NCBI RefSeq assembly: GCF_006345805.1
Contig: NC_043001.1
Coordinates: 95,046,001-95,110,000, forward strand
Reading direction: 5' to 3'
DNA from: Octopus sinensis
Lineage: Eukaryota
Length of the DNA: 64,000 nucleotides
The position numbers were made by a program, and so were the translations under genes. This document shows, in pieces, positions 25,289-37,573 of the stretch. The notes under the pieces are model-generated. The model saw only the letters and a list, made by a program, of their open reading frames with translations. It made no database searches and was not told where the DNA came from. Positions within the stretch are counted from its first letter, which is position 1, and each line of letters opens with the position of its first letter.

Positions 25289-26902
25289 TTAATAGTAGTT
25301 TTCCAGCTGTATAAGGCCTCTACCACCTTCTATACGTTGCATATATAGTCTTTCTATGTCAGATTTTGGGTAATGCATCCTAGATCCTGTCATTATTTTT
25401 CTTGTTTTCCTATCTATTTTGGTCAGTTCATTTCGTGTCCAGTTAAGGATATTGTAGCTGTAACTTATAACTGGGACAGCTAAAGTGTTGATACCTATTA
25501 TCTTGTTTTTAGCATTGAGCTCTGTTTTTAGTATTGATCTAACTCGTCTATAATATTTTTTTTTTATTTTCTCTTTCATTTGTGTGTGTTGTGTCTTATC
25601 TAGTTCATGGATTCCTAAGTATTTGTAAGTGGGGCTTTGGTCTAATTCTTTTATTTCATTGGTTTTATCTAGTGTGATGTTGTTGCTCTTAACTAGTTTT
25701 CCTCTTTTCATGGTTACTTTGGCGCATTTTTCTAATCCAAATTTCATATCTATTTCTTTGGTAAATCCATGAACTGTTTTTAATAGTATTTCCAGATGTT
25801 TGTCATTTGCAGCGTATAGTTTTAGGTCATCCATATATAAAAAGTGGCTGATCGTTTTGCCGTAACATTTATATCCGCATCCAGTTCTATTTAGTATATC
25901 AGAAAGAGGTGACAGTGCCAAGCAGAAATGGAGTGGAGAGAGCGTGTCTCCCTGGAATATTCCTCTTCTAATGGGGATGTCTTTGGTTTTCATGAGTCCC
26001 TCTTTTGTTTGGAGGTGTAGGACTGTTTGCCATTTATTCATAGAGTGCCCTATGAATTTTATGATTGTTGGTGCTACTTTGTTAATGGTTAGTGTTTCGA
26101 GGATACATGTGTGGGGGATGCTATCAGACGCCTTTTTGTAGTCAATCCAGGCCATACTGAGGCCTTTCTTCTTTCTGTGGCTGTCTTCAATTATGGCTTT
26201 ATTAATCATTAGTTGATCTTTACAGCCATATGAGCCTTTGCGGCATCCTTTCTGCTCTTCTGGGAACAGTTTGTTTTCGCCCAGGTGCTTGTTCAGCCTT
26301 TGCGATATCACTGCAGTAAATGCCTTGAACATAGTAGGGAGGCAGGTTATTGGTCTGTAGTTTTCTGTTTTTTCTGTTTCATTTGATTTGGGAATTAAGA
26401 TGGTTTTCCCCTTCGTGAGCCATTCAGGCATTGTCCCTGGCTCTGCTAGTATGTTGTTAAAGTTTTCAGCTAGCTTTTTGTGCATTCCTGTTAGATATTT
26501 CAACCAGAAGTTGCGGATCTTGTCAGGCCCAGCTGCCTTCCAGTTGCTTAGTTTTTGCAGTGCCTGGGTGACCTCTTCAGTTGTTAAGGGGGTCCAAAGT
26601 TGTTCAGATGCCGAGTTTGTTATTTTGATACTCCTTTTTTTTGGCTGTTCGTTCGCCGACCATATTTCTTTCCAGAATTCTTCCAATTCTTCTGCCGTTG
26701 GTGCTGCAGTGACTTCTATTTTATTTTTGCCCAGTTCTTGGTAGAACTTTTTGGGGTCGGAGTTGAACTTTCTGTTCTGTTCAAAGAAGCGTTGGCGTTT
26801 CTCGTACCGGCGGATCCTTTGAGCTTTGGCAAGGATATCTTGCTTCAGCTTTTCTTTTATCTCCGGCAAATCTTTTTCTGTGATGTTATATTTGCGGAGC
26901 AT
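25289..26902 (-). CDS. Reverse transcriptase (non-LTR, R4/Dong clade), 537 aa open stretch
   Basis: KLSNWKAAGPDKIRNFWLK, NYRPITCLPTMFK, EQKGCRKGSYGCKDQL, AWIDYKKA, RGIFQGDTLSPL, HFLYMDDLKL, YKYLGI. Confidence 0.93.
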   Translation of the reverse strand: MLRKYNITEKDLPEIKEKLKQDILAKAQRIRRYEKRQRFFEQNRKFNSDPKKFYQELGKNKIEVTAAPTAEELEEFWKEIWSANEQPKKRSIKITNSASEQLWTPLTTEEVTQALQKLSNWKAAGPDKIRNFWLKYLTGMHKKLAENFNNILAEPGTMPEWLTKGKTILIPKSNETEKTENYRPITCLPTMFKAFTAVISQRLNKHLGENKLFPEEQKGCRKGSYGCKDQLMINKAIIEDSHRKKKGLSMAWIDYKKASDSIPHTCILETLTINKVAPTIIKFIGHSMNKWQTVLHLQTKEGLMKTKDIPIRRGIFQGDTLSPLHFCLALSPLSDILNRTGCGYKCYGKTISHFLYMDDLKLYAANDKHLEILLKTVHGFTKEIDMKFGLEKCAKVTMKRGKLVKSNNITLDKTNEIKELDQSPTYKYLGIHELDKTQHTQMKEKIKKKYYRRVRSILKTELNAKNKIIGINTLAVPVISYSYNILNWTRNELTKIDRKTRKIMTGSRMHYPKSDIERLYMQRIEGGRGLIQLENYY

Positions 26903-27256
26903 TTTTGTTCTCTTTTTGTTGCTCAGTAGCGTTGCCTGTTTGCTGATTTCATTAAGAATCGACAGGTCTTTTCTAATTTTTTTTATTTTGCTTTGGATGT
27001 TATTTATCCACAGGGTTTGTTTGGGTGGTGGTACTCCTGTTTGGGCGGGTTTGGGTGAGTATCCAGCTTCTTTTGTGGCTGCTGTGGCTGCTGCGTATAT
27101 TAAGTCATTTAGCTCAGTGATATCACTTTTTTTGTTTCAGTGGCTGTCAGTTCAGTGACCTAGGTTTATGCTGTTTATAATTGGTGTTGTTATTTCGTTT
27201 ATTTTGATTCTTGGGAGGTATTGTCGGTGGTCCATTTTGAGCTCTGTGGTTTTCAG

Positions 27257-27480
27257 TTCTTCTTCTTCTTCTTCTTCTTCTTCTTCTTCTTCTTCTTCTT
27301 CTTCTTCTTCTTCTTCTTCTTCTCCTTCTTCTTCTTCTTCTTCTTATTATTATTGTTATTATTATTATTATCATTATCATTATTATCATTATTATTATTA
27401 TTATTACTATTATTATTATTATTGTTGTTGTTCCTGTTATTATTATTATTATAATTATTATTATTATTATTATTATTATT
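27257..27480. repeat. Compound (TTC)~29 then (TTA/TCA)-rich microsatellite
   Basis: TTC tract 27257-27343, TTA-rich tract 27344-27480. Confidence 0.96.
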
Positions 27481-28031
27481 GAGTGAGAGAGCAGTTCATG
27501 CCATCAAAGTGACACTGGGGTAAAATATACGAAGCCCAATATACCATCATGACTACCCGTCTGATAAAGGTACATCAGGCACATGCATCAAACCATATGT
27601 GCGCGACATGGTGATCTCATATCAAGATAAACAGCACATGACCTTGCGGGTGGGGCCCAGTTAGAATTTTCTTCAGGTTGAGTAGCCCATCCCGCTCAAA
27701 AGGTCCCTGAATAAGGATTGTTTAAGGATGTTGAAAGAACCGCCCATGTTTCCAGAGGTGAATTATTCAAACCCCAAAGCCCTCTCAACACATGGCTATG
27801 ATGCTCCCCCACTACTTCTGCTCGTGATCAGAGATGCACATATCGTCAGCCACTAAGGGAGATGCTCAACTGGTTAAGGTCAAACACCTGACAAACAAAT
27901 CTGTGGTATTGAGCAGAATATTTGCTGTAGCCCATCTTTTATACCAAGACAAAACAATGTACATGATAACACTTGCAATCAGTTAAGATCAGAAGCCATG
28001 AGAGCCACTGCCTGGTACTGCATCAGGGCAT
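27481..28031. other. About 550-bp non-coding segment bounded on both sides by (TTA)n; probable non-autonomous element
   Basis: Higher GC than the flanks, no long ORF, sharp junctions with TTA tracts at both ends. Confidence 0.45.
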
Positions 28032-28094
28032 TTATTATTATTATTATTATTATTATATTATTATTATTATTATTATTATTATATTATTATTATT

Positions 28095-28169
28095 CAAGAC
28101 ATGGCCTGGAATCGAACTCGGAATCTTGGGGTTAATAGCCCGCTCTCTTTACCACTACGCCATATGCCC
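28095..28169 (-). pseudogene. tRNA-like head (tRNA-Asn-like pseudogene or minimal SINE) joined to (AAT)n
   Basis: Minus strand GGGCATA-TGGCGTAGTGG (A box)...GCGGG-CTATTAA-CCC (anticodon arm, ATT)...GAGTTCGATTCC (B box). T and acceptor stems are imperfect, so a functional tRNA is unlikely. Confidence 0.6.
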
Positions 28170-28840
28170 ACGTAAACATCATGTCCATTTTATCATTAGT
28201 GGGGAAACTTTCAGATTCTAGTGTGGACAAACTATTTCAGATTTAATGTGTTCAACTACGGCGAACAGGGAGCTTGTATGGGTGATGAGATAAATATATG
28301 TAACGTATTTTCAAGTAAGACTGACAAATTAGAATCTTTACACCTTCTATGTGTAAAGGAAAACCCAGTTGATAACGGTTTGCGTAGCTTCCCCGATATT
28401 CAAGCGAGATATTGTCAACATAAGCAAAACCCCTTTCAAATGTCACGTATCTAGATTCGTCTCTTTCCTAGTTTCTTTTGACCACATGTATAACACAAAC
28501 GTTTGTGAACTGGAGGTTTTGTAGTATTGATGGAACTGTATTTTGAATATATTGTTAATTGTGTCAACAGCCATTGGAATCCAAATTGAAATTTGGTGCG
28601 ATTTAACAAGTAATCACTACTTAAGAAGATTGTCTCAATTACTAAATCACAATATCGCACTTTTCTCTGCTCTACAGCGAATGAAATTATATCAGCATTT
28701 CTCATAGACACTGAGTATATAATCTCACATAAACATCATCCAAGTTAGCACCGTTTAAAATATCATATATTTCCATACTGAAACTCGTATATTCTCTGTA
28801 CCGGTGTATACAAATTGTCACGTAATATTTGACACCCAAA

Positions 28841-29200
28841 AGGTGGCAAGATGGCAGAATCGTTAGCTTATTTCGTCTGCCGTTACGTTCTGAGTTCAAA
28901 TTCCACCGAAGTCGACTTTGCCTTTCATCCTTTCGGGGTCGATTAAATAAATACCAGTTACGCACTGGGGTCGATATAATCGACTTAATCCCTTTGTGTG
29001 TCCTTGTTTTCTCCCCTCTGTGTGTAGCTCCTTGTTGGCAGTAAATAAATAGGTATTTCGTCTGTCGTTACCTTCCACCGAGGTCCATTTTGCCTATTAT
29101 CCTTTTGGGGTCGATACAGTTGCCTACTAGGGCCGATCTAATCGACTATCCCCTTCTTTAAACATCTCGGGCCTTGTCTCTAGAGTAGAAAAGAATATTT
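28841..29200 (+). mobile_element. S4 SINE-like repeat, two-unit form
   Basis: Head GGTGGCAAGATGGCAGAATCGTTAGC, body, CT-rich linker, then a second partial unit. Confidence 0.8.
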
Positions 29201-29668
29201 TACACTCAGTTTTCACCTGCACAAAAATGATTCTGTTAGAAATCTTGTTTAAATTATAGATTTCTTCAAATGTTTAAATACGACGTCACAGAAATACGCT
29301 ATTACGTTTTATTAAAAATGATGTTTGTGTAATCATAATTTTTTCGCACAAAATGGGGACACATTTGCTTATTTTATGTTACCTACAGAAATATAGGTGG
29401 TGTCTTCTGATTGCAAGAAAAAGTTAGCTATCGTAAATATGTTTTTACTATTTTCAGACACTGGATATACACAGTTGCTGGGGCACCGACTTCTACGCTT
29501 TACTCGAACAAGTCTATCACAGAACTCCTTTTTCCGCCATGCACTTATTCTAACAGTCAACTAAGTTACGTGGACGTAAACATTACACCAACGCCTATCA
29601 AGTAGTAGTGGGGAGAAATACAGTACAAGCAGGAAGACAGACAGACAGACACACACCCACACATATAT

Positions 29669-29709
<41 letters not shown>

Positions 29710-30928
29710 TTCTATATCAATTCTAAGATCTACAGTAATATGCGGTGCTCAACTTAACGTTTTTGTCTTCTTCAAATAATACTTGGCACAGGTAACGTGT
29801 GACGAAAATTGATTAATTCTTTATCAAGAATTTATTTGTTCATGACTTCACCTGCATAATATTAACTTATAATAGTGTCTTTTAATCACTAAACTATATT
29901 TTAGAAGAGGTAAGTCTGTAGAAGCTATCGTCTTCGACTCTTTATGACTCCATTTACAAGTTGTCGATATATATCGTATGTTCCAACCGTAGGGCAACAC
30001 CGTTTCCTTCCAGCATTTATTATATAAAAAGAATCGCAATATATACCGCACAACATACATATACATGCACGATTATACACAGACATACACAGAAACACAC
30101 AAAGTGGTGTACACTTGATTGACACTTTCATAAGTTGCTTCTGTGCATTTCATTTATAAAATGTTCGACGTTGCTTTGATCATGTATATCTGATATCATT
30201 TGGGAACTAGCACTAGTTCTGCTATGCATGATATGATTGTCTGTTTCCATAAAATGACCAGCACAAACACGTCTACTAAGGAAACGAAGCAACAGCGTTC
30301 TACACCGCTGTTTAATATCCATAGTGTTTTACATATAGCTGTCAAATGCAAGTGTATCGGTGGTGTCTAGTAAAAGTTAAAGCGAAAGAAATGCCATATG
30401 CCAAAGTCTAATACGTCAGTAGAGAAGTAGAGGAAGCGGCCGAAAGAGACAAAGAGAGAGAATGGAGGTTGACAAATTGAACAGAAATATACTAAATTGG
30501 AAATAGCAGAATAATATTAGTTACAGAAACTATAGCGGATCGAATCATTGATTTGCTATCATAACTGCTGGTTAAGGTATTAATTCATATATTCCATGGA
30601 CACCGAAAGGATAGAATCCAAATTCAACCAAAACTGAATTTGAACTGAGTAAAAAAAGCCGCAAGTATGTCGCTATCCACTTTGTCTGACTTCCTAACGA
30701 TTCTACTTGATCGCCCCTTTTATTATGATAAGTAATACATTCGTCTGTAGACGCAAGGCCTAAAATTCTTGTGGTTAGACGTTAACATCGATCCTAATGG
30801 TGCTTAATATGTCAATCCCTAAACAGGGAAAAAGTATAACCAACCTCGGCGGCATTTGAACTCAGAACGTAAAAGTGGCAGATATTTCGCAAAGTGAGTT
30901 TAACAACTATAGAATAGACTGTGCTGTC

Positions 30929-32233
30929 TACAAGTGTTGGCTGAGAAGTTCATAGGATTACTATGAAGAAGTAATGCTAGAGCTGTGAAATCTTGCATGC
31001 ATTAATTTCACACCTTCTTATTAATACCTGCATTGCTTCTTCTAGGCAAATTGATATCTGGCAATTCAAAGAAGACACAAATATATCTACTAGCAATTTC
31101 AATTGTAAATGGATAAAAGTTTGCTTCGTAATGTTGTTTAGTACCTGATGAAAAGGGAATTAGATCCAAAGATATTGATGTTGAAATGATTTCTACATTA
31201 TGAGAGATCCTCCAGGTTTACCAAGAGTGAAGAAGTGGGTTGCTTAATTCAAGAAGGGAAAGGAGATTGTTGAAGATAGCCTAAAGTTTAGACAGCCTTA
31301 AATTGCCACTAAGAAGGAAAAGTGTTGATAGGGTTCGGCATATTATGATAAATGACAGACGACTGACTATAAATGATATTAGCATGTTCCAGGAGAGAGT
31401 TGAGAATATTCTGAGGAATGATCTTTTCGTGACGAACATTTCTGCTCGGTGGATACCAAGCCATCCGACACCTGATCAAAAGCGGACCGACCTGGCTGTT
31501 CAGATTACGGGAAAATCTAATGTTGTTTTAAGCAGCTCCAGTTGGTTTTCTTGAACGTTTCCTAACCCAGGTTGAGTGTTGGCTTCATCGTTTTCAGCCA
31601 GAGACAACAGATAAACCATGCAGTGTGAACAGCCCTCTGCATCTGTTCCAAAGGAAACCTGGGTAATTTCATCTGTAGGGAGGGTGATGGCGTCGGTTTG
31701 ATGTATGTAAAAGCACCGTTTACATTGAGTATCTTCAAAATGTCTATAATATCTATGGAGTGTGCTATACCAACTTTATGAAGCAGTTAAGAAAAGCTAT
31801 CAAGACCAAAGCTCCCAAGAAAGCTGGCGAAAGGAGTTTTTGTTTCATGAGGACAATGTTCCAACATAGAGGTGTTTGGTTTCAATAGCAATTGTGGGTG
31901 ACTCTGGCTTTCAGCTGCTTAATATCGCCATCTATTCTCCTGAAGTGAATCTGACTGAGTATCATCTGTTCCTCAACATGAAAAAAGCACTTAGCTGAGA
32001 ACCAGTATCGCAGTGATGACGTCATATCTGCTGTTGATGACGTTTTAACCAAAAGGATAAAAGCTTCTTCACCAATGGAATCCATGCAAGCTAACACCAA
32101 TGGAAAAAATGTGATGTGGCCCGCAAGGTGACCATGTGGAAAAAAATAAAACTCATTTGGTCACATTCCTTGAGAGAAATTTAGTCAGCCTATTAAAGTT
32201 ACTCAGCCTATGAACCTTTAACCAGCCTATGTA
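30929..32233 (+). mobile_element. Near full-length (~1.3 kb) decayed mariner transposon
   Basis: Degenerate TIRs: TACAAGTGTTGGCTGAGAAGTTCATAGGAT versus the reverse complement TACATAGGCTGGTTAAAGGTTCATAGGCT. Frameshifted transposase motifs: RVKKWVA-FKKG, VDRVRHIMINDRRLT, SARWIP, FHEDNVP, YSPE...EYHLF. Confidence 0.85.
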
Positions 32234-33759
32234 TGTTTAGTTAGTCTATGACTGTCCTAAAGTAACAACCGGCTCATTGTCAATGAGTAGGCACCCTACA
32301 TTACTCCAATAAGTATATGATGAAACATTCTTTCTTTATTGGAGCTCAGAAGAAAGAATAGATTTGAATCAATCAGCAGGTAAATGTATAAGTACGAGAA
32401 TTCATTAAGAAAAAAAGGAAAATAAAATTCCCTTATTCATGATAGGTAAACACTTTCCAAAATCTTCTAAAAATTTACATAATCCCCGATACAACATAAT
32501 ACGAAACCTATTAAACTGAAAAAAAAACACGTAACAATTGTCTTTGTTCAGAAAACTAAAGAATTTAAGTCATAAAAATTTGATTATATGGACTGCTCAA
32601 ATGGAACAGAGTACTGTGCTTGCATATTGCAGTTTTCGTTCACAAAATCTGACGCAATAAAATTTGCAGATGCTTTGTTTCACTCTAAGGCATGTTGTAC
32701 GTAAATCTATTTTGGACCATGTTCATTACATATTTGACAATGTAAATGCTTACTCACAACGATATATTTGTAGAGATATAAATTAATCTTTGTCTGGTTG
32801 ATCAAAAACTTTAATCTACATATCAGCTTACCAAAGTAAGAAGATTGTTTCTTAGAAACAAAGTGTAATGTAAATGCTATTCATTTATTTCCAGCTCATA
32901 TCTGTGTATATCGTCATTGGAAAGAAGATTTCAATATATTTGTTAGGATGTGATTTCGACGCCTGTAAAACAAGATTTTATATTTTCAACCATCTGAAAT
33001 GGTAAAGATGATTAAGCTCATATGGCACACATTCGATACTTTGTAGAAAAACCAAAGAAATCTTACACTTCATTTTTCATAAGATTGATACTTTTATAAT
33101 GAAGGTGAAATTTAGAATCAAAATGTGAAGCAGAAGAGGAATATGCTCGATGTTTGTTTCCACCAAATAAACATCCATTTTCATTTTGCCCTAAAGTTCC
33201 AAAGTATATGTATTTAAATGAAATCTGTGTTCAATGAAAAGTATTCCGTTTGCTTTTTGCTGTACATATTTTCAACAACACCATTAGATATTCCCTGTGT
33301 TATGTTCCTCCGGTACAAAGTCTGAATTCATTAAATGAAAGGAAAGAAAAAAATGACGTAAATTCCTTGTACAAAACTCTGTCTTTACTGTGGTAATTTA
33401 ACGCATCATTTTGCGTTACTAAGAGATAAACGTATATAATTTGCCTGCTCATCTCAAGCTGGTAATTCTCATTTAAATGCAAATCTGTATTTCTTTTTTT
33501 TTCCCTTCCGATCCACAATTTAATTACAAGCGTAACTAATGTAAGACTGCACCTGTGCCACATTACACGTATTATTTCTTTTTTTTATTTTTCATATTGA
33601 ATTTTTACTCTTTTCGTTGTTTTTTCGTCGTTGTTGAGGCGCCTGCAGGATCTGAAAAAATATTTCTTCACATTACTCGCTCCAGATTATATAAGATTCT
33701 AGATTTTCGATAAATTTATGTATCCTACATAAAAACAATACTACTAGAATATACTCTTT

Positions 33760-33950
33760 TTATTTGTTTCTGCCATTCGGCTGTGGCTATGTTGGAGTAA
33801 GGCGTTAATGAGTTTCAGTCGAATTAAATGGACCTATTCTTTCAAAGTCTAGCACTTTTTTCTATTGGATGCTTTCAACAAAAAGCCATGGGGACCAACA
33901 CCGGTTGCCAACCGAAGGTGGGTAACAAACAAAGACAAACAAACGCACAC
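33760..33950 (-). mobile_element. Family S3 repeat, degenerate
   Basis: The reverse complement resembles 54825-55015. Confidence 0.5.
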
Positions 33951-35229
33951 CTAAATAGACAAACAAAGTATCAAGTGACTGTAGTCTAATGACTGAAACA
34001 AGGAAAAGATAAATGATATACAAATGCATACATATTTTCACACATGCATACGCACCCCACCAATCACACGCACACACGATGGATTGGTAGATAGTATTAT
34101 CCTTTGTACGTATTGCTATACATTTCAATATTTATATGCTGCTTCATTCCAAAAATGCCTTTTCGACAGGGAAGATCTTTTATGGTTGAATTTTCTAAAC
34201 ATATTCAATGGATAGATATCGTGCGTTATTCTGTATCATACTATGCAATAATATCGAAATGGTGACATGTTTTATTGTATTTACCTATTTTTCAGGCTTT
34301 TCAATGTCGATAATCACCTAACACCTATTTGCAATATTTTCAATGCATTGAATGCCTTATTCTCTCTTATCTTTATATCATGTTAGAGAAACTACCTGTA
34401 AGCACATGCTGAGTAAACTTATTTAAAAACGCCTAAATTTATCTTGAATTCCTGATAGCTGCTGCCAAGGAGATTTGCTATCCACCTGCGATAGTTATTA
34501 ATTGTTGTTTTAACAAATGACGTCTGTAAGAGGATTTTATTTCAGAAAAATCGCACAAGCAACTTGTCTTTCAATGGTGTATATACGTTAAGTCTAATAC
34601 ATATATGACTATGTTATTTTAATGCTGTTTCAATTACTTAACCGGTTTCAGGGATTGCGGAAAAGAACTAGATGTTGCCATCTTAATTCAAAGTATGTAA
34701 CACAATGCATTATTCGTCCTTTCAACATTACATTTTGTGAACAAACCACATTTCAAATATTTGGTTATAATTTATGTACTATACAAATATATCATGGTGT
34801 TTGCTAGTCACTGAAGGTGCAAATTTCGGTCGTTTAATTCTCACAAATACAATGATGTACTCTCACTTAAATTCATAGGTCTCTACTAGAGATGTATAGA
34901 ATATTAGAATATTTTACCCTTGTATACAATGAAAATTACACATGACTATATTGAATAGAATTTGCTTTAGAACTTGCTCTGCAATATATATGTTTATAAC
35001 CAACATTCAGCTACATACGTCGAGGACTCAAACCTATTTTACAATAAATTCTGCTACAACTAGTTGATAGGGATCCCCTTGCTAATGGTTAAATATTTCT
35101 TATAATATTATTCTGTGATAATAACCACATAATGTTTAGAGTCGCGGTTAAAGGATAGAACGACTTTTTAAAATTAAAATTTTTATGTGCAGGTACAATA
35201 CGAATGAAATGTATACAACGTCGAGATAT

Positions 35230-35606
35230 GGCGGTACTCCGTCGGTTACTACAACGAGTGTTTCAGTTGATCCGATCAACGGAACAGCCTGGTCGTGATC
35301 TCAATTTGCAAGTGGCCGAGCACTCCACAGACAGGTGTACCCTTAACGTAGTTCTCGGGGAGATTCAGTGTTATACAGAGTGTGACAAGGCTGGCCCTTT
35401 GAAATACAGGTACAGCAGAAACAGGAAGAAAGGGTGAGAGAAAGGTGTGGTGAAAAAATACAGCAGAGTTCACCACCACCCCTTGCCGGAGCCTCGTTGA
35501 GCTTTAGATGTTTTTGCTCAATAAACAACTCACAACGCCCGGTCTTGGAATCGAATCGGCGATCCTAAGACCTAAGACCGCGAGTGCGCTGCTCTAACCA
35601 GTGGGC
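35230..35606 (-). mobile_element. SINE family S2 with a 14-bp target-site duplication
   Basis: CAACGTCGAGATAT occurs at 35216-35229 and 35607-35620; the body is homologous to 3771-4146. Confidence 0.9.
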
Positions 35607-36382
35607 CAACGTCGAGATATACTTACCTAATAACTGATCCAAATATTCAAGATCTTGGAGTGAAAAAGGTAAGATCAAAAGTATAGTTCTAGACGAAATT
35701 GCCTACTTTTCATTTAATTTGGACATTTAATATAATAACAGTTTTAATTTTTAGACCAATGTTCTGGACATTTGGCCACCACTGTAAACGAACTTCACTT
35801 GACAAGATCGGATTTTATTACGACGGTGGGTGATGATGTCTTAAACATGAAGAAGATGCAACAAAATCTTACACCAGCTATATATGCCTCACCATGCCGT
35901 TATTGAATCACTTATAGCAGTACACAAAACAGTCTACACTTCATCTATGATATTGTGGCACTGAACTTTTGAGTAATATTTAACTGTCTAGCATCGATAG
36001 CGCTGCTATCAAGATTAACAATATAGAAGATATTACTGTCATAATAACAATGAGTTACTTTTTTCAGTGAAATCAGCACTGCTTGCAATGAGCAACACTA
36101 GATTTCTTCGATTAAGGACTTCAAATAATCTACAGAACAATCAACAAACTGCAAACTGGCACTTGTAGGAAAAAAAAGACATGCAGAATGATGAACAGCG
36201 ATCTATGAACATCAACGAAGTGAATCTTCATCATCGAATGAATAATAAACTCGATTCCAGATTTAATATGAGCATTTTTTTAGTCCTGTTTGTTCATACC
36301 TACATACATACATTCAAACATGCATGTACGCGCGCATACACACTCACACACACGCATAATATATAAACACACACACACACAC

Positions 36383-36455
<73 letters not shown>

Positions 36456-36555
36456 TATATGCATATATGTATGCATGTATGTATGTATGTATGTATGTAC
36501 ATAAGCATGCATGTAAATATATATTTATATATAAGCTTATGTATACATACGATCA

Positions 36556-36625
<70 letters not shown>

Positions 36626-36903
36626 GCGTGTGCGTGTGTATTTTGTATGTATGAGTATATACATACACACGCACAGACGTACAAGAGTGTGTGAGCCTGT
36701 ACGTCGAAATTTAATTGCATTTATGCATGCGGTAAAAAAAATACTTGAAATATGAAACCTATATTAAAAATTTGCCCATTAATCAATTTCTTATTCAATT
36801 TGATAATAGAAATTTCAAAGTGCATTCAATATACGCGCAGGAAATTATATTACGAGAATCACACGCAAAAAATCATATATGCGTATATACATGTACATAT
36901 TAT

Positions 36904-36938
<35 letters not shown>

Positions 36939-37508
36939 CTACATATATACATCTATACATGCATATGCATGCATAGACACAGTAATACACGCGCACACAT
37001 GCACACTTATATATTCATATATAAGCATGTATGTACATATATATAAATGTGTGTGTGTGTGTTTATGTATGTATGTATATTCGCATATGCTTTTATTACG
37101 CACGCTGAGAACGGTTTGCGATATCACAATTCATCTCTCCTTCAATTTCACTCGCTTAAGTATCTGATTTCCCCCCTTAAATCACATTTTCGCTTTAATG
37201 TTCTATTCTCAATTGTTTCTTTTAATGAATCTCCTACTTTTCACTTAACCGTGAATCACACACTATGCCATTTCGAATGTCAATATCTCCATTTCAACTA
37301 CTTTTGCTTTTGGGTTGTTTTTTTCTGCGATTTAACATGCGGTCTTTCATATACTGCCAATCTTTTCCGACAGAATATTCGCATACGCACGTAATCATAT
37401 ATTCGATCGCATGCACATCCATGCAAAAAGGTATGTACTCCTAACACACTTACTCGCACAAACATAGATACAGATATACTCATGTATATTTCTACTTTCA
37501 TACATGAC

Positions 37509-37573
<65 letters not shown>

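Larger units (their letters stand above)
24298..27256 (-). mobile_element. R4/Dong-clade non-LTR retrotransposon, ~3 kb, 5'-truncated and disabled
   Basis: RT ORF, then a stop, frameshift and apparent deletion, then the CCHC knuckle and RLE, then a 3' UTR joined to (AAT)n. Coding sequence (RQYLPRIK...ELNDLIYAAATAAT) continues up to the 5' junction. Confidence 0.93.

Noticed and set aside
25944-27158. Plus-strand ORFs overlapping the Dong RT
   Set aside because: Antisense shadows of the minus-strand coding sequence.
27960-28031. Possible HDV-like ribozyme at the minus-strand 5' end of the 550-bp element (P1 GCCCUGA/UCAUGGC, P2 UGCAGU/AUUGCA)
   Set aside because: P3/L3, P1.1 and the catalytic J4/2 could not be built in canonical form.
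35640-35830. C-type-lectin-like reading SWSEKDQCSGHLAT across the 86-nt intron
   Set aside because: Motif spacing is too short and that frame has upstream stops; probably coincidence.
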